Shown here piece by piece: positions 1-10,100 of a stretch of DNA of 64,000 nucleotides. Position 1 is the stretch's first letter; each line of letters begins with the position of its first letter. The stretch is from assembly GCF_044704955.1 (NCBI RefSeq), contig NC_091991.1, positions 13,950,001 through 14,014,000 on the forward strand, written 5' to 3'. This DNA is from Pristiophorus japonicus (lineage: Eukaryota). The notes below the pieces were generated by a model, which saw only the letters and a list, made by a program, of their open reading frames with translations, was not told where the DNA came from and searched no databases. The position numbers and the translations under genes are program-made.

Positions 1-2510
1 CGCAACGCGGACCGCCAGGAGCTGGAGGCGGACACACTTCCTGCACGTAGTCGTCAGGGACACCAGAAGTGTCCCTGAGTTCCCACATGGTACAGGAGGA
101 GCATATCACGTGACCGAGCTCTCCTGCCATGACTTAACCCTTAGATACACTTAAATTGGCAACAACAATGCTAACAGGTTACTTACTGTTATAGGAGAGA
201 AAAAAGAAAAACTACTCACCAATCCAGCCAATCACTTACCCCCTTGGCTGTGACATCACCTTTGTTTCTTTCTACTTCTTTTTTGCCTTCTCCCTGTCGC
301 TGCACAAGTATGCCTTTTATAGTCCACACCAACGGACCTCCTCGACGCTGCTCCCGACTGCCACCGACGCTGGGCCCCGGACTCCCTGCTGTGCCTTTTA
401 TAGGCCTCCTTTGTCCACCTTTAGTCCCATTATTTTATCGAGTACTGCTTCTTTAGTGATAGTGATTGTATTACGTTCCTTCCTCCCTATAGCCCTTTGA
501 TTATCTACTTTTGGGATGTTTTTAGTGCCTTCTACAATGAAGACTGATACAAAATATATGTTCAAAGTCGCTGCTATTTCCCGGTTTCCCATTATTAATT
601 CCCCAGTCTCATACTCTAGGGGACCAACGTTTACCGTAACCATTAGCTTCCTTTTTATATACTCGTAGAAGCTCTTACTGTCCATTTTTATATTTCTTGC
701 TAGTTTACTGTCATAAGCTAGCTTCTCTCCTTTTATCATTTTTTTAGTTGCCCTTTGCTGGTTTCTAAAAATTTCCCAATTCTCTGGCCTTCCACTATTC
801 TTTGCAACATTGTATGCCTTTGTTTTCAATTTGATACCATTCTTTACTTCCTTAGTTAGCCACGGATGGTTCATCCTTCTCTTAGAGTCTTTCGTTCTCA
901 CTGGAATATATCTTTCCTGAGAGTTATGAACTATCTCCTTAAATGTTTTTCATTGCCTATCTACCGTCTTACCCTTTAATGTATTTTCCCAGTCCACTTT
1001 AGCCAACTCTGCCTTCTTACCTTTATAATTACCTTTATTTAAGTTCAGGACAATAGTTTGACACCTACCTTTCTCACCCTCAAACTGAATTTGAAATTCT
1101 ACCATGCTATGATCATTCTTCCCAAGAGATCATTAATTAATCCAGTCTCATTACACATTACCAGATCTAAAATAGTCTGCTCCCTGGTTGGTTCCACAAA
1201 GTATTCTAAGAAACCATCCTGAACACACTCGATGAACTCTTCCTCAAGGCTACCCTTCTCAATTTGATTTGTCCAATCAACATGAAGATTAAAATCGCCC
1301 ATGATTATTGCCATACCTTTCTTACAAGCCTCCATTATTTCTTGATTTATACTCTGTCCTACAGTGTAGCTACTGTTAGGGTGCCTATAGACTACTCCCA
1401 CCAGTGACTTATTTCCCTTATTATTTCTTATCTCCACCCAAACTGATTCTACAACTTGATCTTCTGAGCCAATATCATTTCTCACTACTGCATCGATGTC
1501 ATCCATTATTAACAGAGCTATCCCACCTACTTTTCCTTTTTGCCTATCCTTCCGAAATAGCAAATACCCCTGAATATTCAGTTCCCAGCCTTGGTCACCT
1601 TACAACCACGTCTCTGTAATGGCTAGCAGATTATACCTATTTGTATCTATTTGTGCCATCAACTCATCTATCTTGTTACGAATGCTGCGTGCGTTCAGAC
1701 AAAGAGCTTTCAATTTTGTCTTTTTACCATTTTTCCCTACTCTGCCCTTTCTGATACACTCTTATGTTTATATGCTCTGTCCCTTGCTGTCACACTCTGG
1801 TTATCATTACCCCTGTCGCTGCCCTGCACTATTGCCTTCTCCTTTCTCTGACTTTTTACATTTCCGCTCACCTGATTCCACTCCCCCCACCAGTTAGGTT
1901 AAAGCCCTCTCTGCAGCCCGAGTTATTTGATTCACCAGGACACTGGTCCCAGCCTAGTTCAAGTGAAGCCCGACTCAATGGAACAGCTCCCTCTTCTGGT
2001 GTCAGTGCCCCATGAATCGAAACCCATTTCTCCCACACCAATCCTTGAGCCACGCGTTCATCTCTCTGAACTTATTTACCCGATTCAAATTTGCTCGTGG
2101 CTCAGGTAGTCATCCAGAGATTATTACCTTTGAGGTTCTGCTTTTTAATTTGGCCCCTAGCTGCTCATAATCTCTCTGCAGAAGATCTTTCTTTGTCCTA
2201 CCTATGTCATTGGTACCCATGTGGACCACGACAATTAGATCTGCCGCCTCCCACTCCAAGTTCCTCTCCAGCCCAGAGGAGATATCCTTAGCCCTGGTAC
2301 CGGGCAGGCAAACACAGCTTTCAGGACTCGCACTCTCGGCTGCAGAGAACAGAATCTATCCCCCTAACTATACTGTCCCCTACCACTACAACATTACTTT
2401 TTACTTCCCTAACTTGAATGGCCTCTTGTATCATGGTGCTGTGGTCAGTTTGCAGTCCTTGCTCTCATCCACACAGAGAGTAAGAACCTCATACCTTTTG
2501 GACAGGAGCG
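1..2510 (-). mobile_element. CR1 LINE fragments (ORF1 zinc-finger/esterase pieces, ORF2 APE endonuclease and linker), degenerate
   Basis: ORFs 1099-1563 (RKDRQKGKVGGIALL, GVVYRHPN, IMGDFNL, LDLV) and 398-901; ORF1-like MWELRDTSGVPDDY at <90 on the - strand. Confidence 0.88.
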
Positions 2511-2867
2511 AGGGCCATGGAGGGATTTGAAGACTAGGATGGGGTTAATGAAGCAGTTGTGATCTAATGTAGAGTCTTGCTTCCTTTCAGTGAGGATGTT
2601 GCGAGTTAGACACTGACTGAGGTTAGATCGTATTGTCTGTCCACAGTGTCTAATGCAGCAATAACATATTCCATTAAATGTGACATCTATTCAGAGAGTA
2701 GCTGAGAATAAGGTCATTGTTTATTTAGCTGTGAAATTGCAGGTAAAGGAAGCAATTCCAAGAGGAATAGGTTTTCAGAGACCATGTCCCCAGGACAGCA
2801 TGGCCACTGAAACACTGAAGACAAGAACAGTCACTCGGTCCATGGGCACAATGATTGAAGCAGTGCA

Positions 2868-3095
2868 GTTCTCCCCGGTGTGCTGGCCAATACTAAACAC
2901 TCAACCAACGTCACTAAAACAGATTATCTGGTCATGATCATGTTGCAGTATGTGGGAGCTTGCTGTGCGCAAATTGGCTGCCACGTTTCCTATATTACAA
3001 CAGTGACTACCCTCCAAAATTACTTATTTGAGTATAAAACACTTTGGGGCGTCCCGAGGAGGTGAAAGGCACTGTAGAAATGCAAGTATTTCTTT
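2868..3095 (+). mobile_element. DeuSINE (SacSINE1/AmnSINE-like), 3' part
   Basis: gtgggagcttgctgtgcgcaaattggctgcc...ttacaacagtgact...gaaaggc..aaatgcaagt tail, shared with the copies at ~6.2 kb and ~63.4 kb. Confidence 0.75.
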
Positions 3096-3114
3096 TATAT
3101 TCTGCTCTGGTTGA

Positions 3115-3432
3115 GCAACAACAACAACTTGTATTTACGTAGCACCTTTAATGCAGTAAAACGTCCCAAGGTGCTTCGCAGGAGTGTTTTAAGACAAAAT
3201 ACATCAATTTGACACTGAACCACATAAGAAGAAATTACGGCAGATGACGTAGGTTTTAAGGAGCGTCTTAAAGGAGGAAAGAGAGGTAGAGAGGCGGAGA
3301 GATTTAGGGAGGGAGTTCCAGAGCTTGGGGCCAAGGCAACAGAAGGCATGGCCACCAATGGTTGAGCAATTATAATCAGGGATGCTCAAGAGGGCAGAAT
3401 GAGAGGACGCAGTCATCTCGGGAGGCATCTGC
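3115..3432 (-). mobile_element. L2-clade LINE 3' fragment
   Basis: [20 protein letters not shown].....[10 protein letters not shown]-terminus with a (caa)n tail. Confidence 0.8.
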
Positions 3433-3459
3433 ATCAGGAGTAAAATTAGCTGAGTTGCA

Positions 3460-3935
3460 ATACTGGGGAGCCGCGGGCTGTAGTACCGGGGAGCGGCGCT
3501 AGGGGCGCTGGGCTGTAGTGCCGGGGAGCGGCGCTAGGGGCGCTGGGCTGTAGTGCCGGGGAACGGCGCAAGGGGGCGCTGGGCTGCAGTACCGGGTAGC
3601 GGTAGGAGGGGGCGCTGGGCTGCAGTACCGGGGAGCGGCGCTAGGGGCGCTGAGCTGCAGTACCGGGGAGCGACGCGAGGGGCGCTCGGCTGCAGTACTT
3701 GGAGCGCTGGGCTGCAGTACCGGGGAGCGGCGCTAGGGGCGCTGGGCTGCAGTACCGTGGAGCGGCGCTAGGCTGTAGTGCCGGGGAACGGCGCAAGGGG
3801 GCGCTGGGCTGCATTACCGGGGAGCGGCGCAAGGGGGCGCTGAGCTGCATTACCGGGGAGCGGCGCGAGGGGCGCTGAGCTGCATTACCGGGGAGCGGCG
3901 CGAGGGGCGCTGGGCCTGCAGTACCGGGGAGCGTC
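3460..3935 (+). repeat. GC-rich ~35-bp minisatellite directly upstream of the PWP1 ETS sites
   Basis: About 13 copies of gggctgcagtaccggggagcggcgc(t/a)aggggcgct. Confidence 0.92.
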
Positions 3936-4055
3936 GCTCGGGGCGCGGTAAACCGGAAGTGGCGGACCGGAAGCCGCGGGGTTTTGCGTCCGGCGCCGGG
4001 ACGCGGCGAATACCGCTCCGCCGGAGCCCGCGATTTGGCAGCGGGCGGAGCGGCC

Positions 4056-4121
4056 ATGAGCGGCCAGAGAACGTGCGCCGGCTGGGCCCCGCGCGGGGCG
4101 GCCCGGGGAACCCCGGAGAAG
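4056..4121 (+). CDS. PWP1: PWP1 exon 1 ([22 protein letters not shown])
   Basis: gccATG inside the CpG island; aligns to the recalled PWP1 N-terminus (QVTCVAWVRCGVAKETPDK); donor AAG|gtcagg. Confidence 0.85.
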
Positions 4122-7100
4122 GTCAGGCCTGGATGGTGTGGGATCTTGCTGTGCACGGCCGCTTTGGGCCGTTGCGGGCGGGGCGAGGCGAGGGGGCTGA
4201 AGGCGCTACACAAATGCAGGCCTTGACAGAGCTGGGGGCCCTGACGGAGCGCCGGCTGTAAATGGGTCGGTGGGACGGCCGGTGGGAGGATATTTGGGAC
4301 ACGGACAGAGGCCGCCCCCACACCGAGAGCGCGGAGCCCACCGACCCTGGGGCCGGAGCCCCTGCTCCTTGACTGACCGCTCCCCCCCCTCCTCCCCACA
4401 CTCTGGCCGGCTCGCTGCCCCTGGTGTTCCAGAACGTTCTGTCCGAGGGGACGCTCCGGAATGAGCGCCAGAGTTCCCTTTCACCGGGCGGCCTCGCAGC
4501 CCAAAAAAAAGTAAGTGGCGGGAGCGGCTGAGCTTTCCTGGCGGGAGGGAGTTCCCGGCCGCGGCGCTGAGCCTATCCCCGGGGAAGGGCTGGACCGGTC
4601 GGCCCGGCCGCACGCGGCAGAGTATTTGCCGGTTTAAGTTGCTCAGCGAACATTTTGTTCCGTTGGCCGGTCGGTGTGCGACTGCGGAGACCGTGGCGGT
4701 AACCTCAGTAAACTCTCTGTTCTAGGTCACGCTGAGCAAGGACGAGTTGCAGCAATTAATCCTCAGTGCCAAAGAAGAATTTGAGNNNNNNNNNNNNNNN
4801 NNNNNNNNNNNNNNNNNNNNNNNNNNNNNNNNNNNNNNNNNNNNNNNNNNNNNNNNNNNNNNNNNNNNNNNNNNNNNNNNNNNNNNNNNNNNNNNNNNNN
4901 NNNNNNNNNNNNNNNNNNNNNNNNNNNNNNNNNNNNNNNNNNNNNNNNNNNNNNNNNNNNNNNNNNNNNNNNNNNNNNNNNNNNNGGGACAAGCGGGAGA
5001 ATGTTCGAGCTCGGGGCCTGCCGGTAAACGCACTAAACGGCATGGGTTTGTTTCCAGAGCCCAGGAGGAGGGGAGGAACAGGCGGTGGAAAGGAATGAGG
5101 ACGAGCTGATGGATGGAACACGCAATCCCGTCTCTCGTGATTCCGAGACGCTGGAAGCCCGGGGAGAAGAGGAAGAGGAGCAGGAGCAGGATGATGATAG
5201 TCTGGCAGAATATGGCCTCGATGGCTATGATGAGGAGGAAGGTGAGGGGGTGAGGAGAGGAGGGAGGTCAGGGTTAGCGGGGGGGGTGAGGGCGGTGATT
5301 GCTCTGTGTCAGCTGCTCTAACCTACAATGGTATCGTTCCTCACTTACATCGATCCAATCACAACATTCCGTGTCTATAAAATCCTACAGTGTTTGCTGC
5401 AATGAGTTTCTGCAGGGATGTGAAAGCTTTCATTTGCTTTATTTGAGAGAAATTCATTTCTTAAAAATATCGCTTATGCACAAAGTAAAACTTAACAGTT
5501 TTAAGACATCGAATGTTCCAGGAGAGAAACAGGCCATTCAGCCCATCGGGAACAGGACTGAGGGAGAGGGGGTATGAGAGGGGATGTGTGAGGGGATGTG
5601 TGAGGGGCTGAATGGGGACAGAGGGAGGGGATGTATGAGGGGCAGTACTGAGGGAGTACCGCACTGTCGAAGGGGCAGTACTGAGGGAGTGCTGCACCTG
5701 GCGGAGAAGCAGTACTGAGGGAGTGCTGCACCTGGCGGAGAAGCAGTGCTGAGGGAGCGCTGCACTGTCGAAGGGGCAGTGCTGAGGGAGCGCTGCACTG
5801 TCGGAGGGGCAGTGCTGAGGGAGCGCTGCACTGTCGGAGGGGCAGTGCTGAGGGAGCGCTGCACTGTCGGAGGGCAGTGCTGAGGGAGCGCTGCACTGTC
5901 GGAGGGGCAGTGCTGAGGGAGCGCTGCACTGTCGGAGGGGCAGTGCTGAGGGAGCGCTGCACTGTCGGAGGGGCAGTGCTGAGGGAGCGCTGCACTGTCG
6001 GAGGGGCAGTGCTGAGGGAGCGCTGCACTGTCGGAGAGGCAGTATTGAGGGAGTGTTGCACTGTCTTTCGAATGAGATGTTAAACCAAAGCCCCTTTCGT
6101 GCTCTCAGGTGGTCGTAAAAGTTCCCATGGCACTATTTCAAATAAGAGCAGAGGAGTTATACCCTGTGCCCTGAAGCCAATATTTGCAACTTATTCAATA
6201 TCACTAAAACAGATTATCTGGTCGTGATCACATTTGTGGGAGCTTGTTGTGCGCAAATTGGCTGCCGCATTTCCCACGTTACAACAGTGACTGCACTTCA
6301 TAAAGTACTTCATTAGCTGTAAAGTGCTTTGAGACATCCGGTGGTTGTGAAAGGCGCTATAGAAATGCATGCCTTTTTCTGTCTCCTTTAAAGCGAGACA
6401 CGAATTTTGCATGGACTGTGCGGGATTCTCGGAGCATCGTGTTGCATCGAGAATCTGACCAGGTCTGTCTGCACAGATCCCTTCAGTCACGGCCCAAACC
6501 AAATACTTCACCACCATCTCTGATGGAAATAATCGAGAGCTTTGCAGATTTAATAACGTTTGATCAGTGAAATAGGAAGTAGTCTACTTGTGACCCGATG
6601 TTTGCCCGGGTACTGGAGTTGGACATTGTTTAATGAATGGTGTTTGAGCAACGCACAGCCCTGGAACCAATTAACTTTGTGTGGTCGAACCTTTTTTTAA
6701 ATAATGACTGACTTTGTGTGCAGGCGGTGTGAATCTCGGCGACAGTCTGGGCGGGCTGACGGTTTACGCGAGCAACGAGGATGACCCGTACGTCACTCTT
6801 AAAAATACAGTGAGTTGGACTGGGACTCTGCTCGGAATTATTCTGTCCTTCCATCCCCTCCCCGATCCTTTGTCTTAATGACATTCTTTCCAGGAGTGTC
6901 TTGAGTAAGATCCTCCTTTTTGGGGTCTTTTATTGACGTTGACCCAAATTGATAGCAGAGATTAAATCTTTATTTTTTGATTTTATTCTGTACAGTCAAG
7001 GATCAACAGTCCTTACTGTGTCTGAAGCAGCGGTGACAGCATAAAGCTTCATCATACTGCCCGCTGTGCCTTGGGTAACAGTCGTGGTCGCAGTTCTCTG

Positions 7101-10100
7101 GCCCCTCCGGCACGGCCACTGTCGCTATCCTCACCCCCGGGGGTCCCACACCCTGCAGCCCACACTCCGCTATCCTCGCTCCCGGGGGTCCCACGCCCTG
7201 CGGCACGGCCCACAGTCGTTATCCTCACCCCCAGGGGTCCTACACCCTCCAGCCCACACTCCGCTATCCTCACTCCCGGGGGTCCCACACCCTGCGGCAT
7301 GGCCCACAGTCGCTATCCTCACCCCCGGGGGTCCCACACCCTGCGGCCCACACTCCGCTATCCTCGCTCCCGGGGGTCCCACACCCTGCGGCACGGCCCA
7401 CAGTCGTTATCCTCACCCCCAGGGGTCCTACACCCTCCGGCCCATAGTCGCTATCCTCACTCCCGGGGGTCCCACACCCTGCGGCACGGCCCACCGTCGC
7501 TATCCTCACCTCCGGGGGTCCCACACCCTGCGGTCCACACTCAGCTATCCTCACCCCCGGGGGTCCCGCACCCTGCGGCCCACAGTCGCTATCCTCACCC
7601 CCGGGGGTCCCACACCCTGCGGCACGGCCCACAGTCCGTTATCCTCACCTCCAGGGGTCCCACACCCTGCGGTCCACACTCAGCTATCCTCACCCCCGGG
7701 GGGTCCCACACCCTGCGGCACGGCCCACACTCCGCTATCCTCACCCTCCGAGTGTCAGGCTCCAGTCTTTAACCCTTACTGAGATCACCTTTCTATACCT
7801 TTTCCATTCAAACCTATGGAGTCCCACGGAACCAATCACTGACTTACACTTAATCGTCTCCCAAAAGTACTTCATTGGCTGTAAAGTGCTTTGAGACAAC
7901 CTGTGGTCATCAAAGGCGCTATATAAATGCAAGTCTTTCTTTCTTCCCTTTATTTTCATAGGGTCTCCTGTATTACCTGACCTTACCCCGGTTCATTCTT
8001 GCGTGTTACCCACAAAGCTATTTTTAAACAAAACATTCATTTTTTAAGTCTTGTGTAGACCCTTTCCTTATGCTACCTTATCAGTCTCTTTTCCCTGGTT
8101 GCATAGATTCCAGCCCCAGCTGCCTCTTGTTTCACTCGAGTTAGTATAACTCCCATCTTTCCAAGGTCTGCATCTCCGTGTCCGTCAGTTCCGATGCTCG
8201 ATTGTCTGCGTCACTTTGTTACCGTTGGTCAAGATTGCTTACTTTCCCATCTACCCTTGCTGCAAGCTGGTTATGATTGGTTTATTTGCTTTGCTAGCTA
8301 ATTCTGATTGTGTGTGTTTATATAAAGTTAGTATTAATAAGCAAATCAATGAGTTAATTAATAAGGGAATGAGCTGTAATCAGACACGTGTAGTGTTTAA
8401 CGTGTAGATTGAATGCCTGCTGATCTCGAGCTCCGTGCTGGCGTAACTCGAAACTTAAACTCCCAATTTATGTTGTAGGACCAGTATGAAGATGAAGATT
8501 TCAGAATCAAACCCAGTGATAATCTGATCATGGTGGGGAAAGCAGACAAGGATTGCTGCAGCCTAGAGATATACGGTGAGATTGCTAGTAAAGCCCTTTA
8601 AATATCCGATTATACGGAGAAATTTTCCAGTTGTATCTCTGGTGCAGCTACTGGTGTGGGCCAGTATCGGACAAGGTGAGATGGTCTGGGAGAGGTGATG
8701 TAATTACCGCTGGCCTGAGACCGTCTCACATGTGCGTTTTAAGCAGGTGGGCATACACAGAGTGGAGAACGCTGTCCCAGCCACTCCTCTTCTCAATCAT
8801 TACATGTATTCGACTGCGTCTGTGCAAAGCTCTGCTCGTTCCCGCCGTGTGGCGCTGCATCACATCATTCCTGGTCCCAAGGTATTGTTTAATGATCGGG
8901 ATTTGTGCAGGAGGGGAGAGGGGTGCGGGGACGGGGAGTGTGGGGGGGGTGGATGGAATGGAGTGGGGAGTGCAGAGCTCTGATTTACTGTGGTGACCTG
9001 TGAATGTAGATTGCGGGAGATGCAGTGTCGGGGTGGGGGGGGGGGGGTGGTTGGGGGGGGCTTGTGATGTAGATTGCGGTGTTTGGGGGGGGGGGGGGGC
9101 TTGTGATGTAGGTTGCGGTGTTGTGGGGTGGGGGGAGCGCGGGGTGAACCTGTGCTATAGAGTACGGGCGGTGTCGGGGAGGGGGGGGAAGGAACGTGGG
9201 GAGGGGAGGGGGGTGGGGAGAAGGAAGGGGGACAGTGGGGAGGAAGGAAAGCACGGGGAGGGGGAGCGGGGAAGTGTAGTGGTGGGGGGAGGGGAGTGGG
9301 TGGGAGCCTGTGCTGTAGAGTACGGGCGATGTGATGTCGTGTGGGGGGGGGGGGGGGAGAGTGATGCGGGGGTAGCCTGTGCTGTAGAGTGGTGGCGGGG
9401 GTGTAGAACCCTTTTGCTGATGAACGTTCCTCGATGCCGGTTATCACTGTTTGACCCACAATGCGTTGTTTCTTCCAGTTCACAACCAGGAGGAGCAGTC
9501 CCAATACGTTCATCACGACTTGCTGCTTCCGGCCTACCCCCTGTGCATCGAGTGGCTCAACTTCCATCCTGACCCAGAAACACCAACAGGTAGGTGGGCC
9601 ACACGTGGTCATCCGCATGCTTTGTACGAACTGTACTGGAACGTTCCGGTGAGTCGGTGCCGCTCAATCCCAGGCAGGAGGCCGTGGCCCACGTGGAGAG
9701 TGAAGGGAAATTGGAGATTAGTCTCCTGGAGCCCGAGCCCCTCCCCCTCCCCGAGCCGTACCCAGCTCCCGGAGCCTGGCTGCAGTGGTGTTGGCAGAAC
9801 CCAGGGTGGTGAGGGGAGCGGAGCTCTGGTTAACGTGCTGCGTTTAATTGTGACGGAGATTATGGAAAGTGCAGCAACTTCACCATCTATTCAAGCTGCA
9901 CCCTCCCGAGTGCCTGGTGTCCCCACATTGCTCTCCCTTCCGCCGTTGGCTGCTCGTTCAGTCACACTGCTCTTGGCACCCATTCCCAGCGCCTTGCTTT
10001 TACTAATCTTCAGGACATTTGGTCATTTTCCCCCCCACACCCCGAAACACCCGATAGTCACTTGGCCAGTTTGCTACGGTGCAGTTACAGAGGAACAGAA

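Larger units (their letters stand above)
3460..4720. promoter_or_regulatory. CpG island / PWP1 promoter with tandem ETS (GABPA/ELK-type) sites
   Basis: Very high GC and CpG density; CCGGAAGT at 3953-3960 and ACCGGAAG at 3966-3973, about 90 nt upstream of the ATG, typical of TATA-less housekeeping promoters. Confidence 0.8.

Noticed and set aside
3641-4613. Antisense 252-aa and 135-aa ORFs over the CpG island (possible bidirectional partner gene)
   Set aside because: Low-complexity Pro/Arg/Ala translations expected from GC-rich DNA; no recognisable homology or splice structure.
4722-5121. ORFs spanning the N run
   Set aside because: Artefacts of translating the assembly gap.
5640-6060. 33-bp direct repeats (also 51975-52420 and 62460-63090) superficially like a CRISPR array
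   Set aside because: Units are contiguous with no unique spacers, there are no cas genes, and the context is a vertebrate SINE.
7066-7782. 238-aa and 233-aa ORFs, and other long ORFs over repeats (5501-6061, 8860-9618, 10481-11041, 51888-52530, 59107-59581, 62612-63078)
   Set aside because: They are translations of stop-poor GC-rich tandem repeats, open in several frames, with no domain signal.
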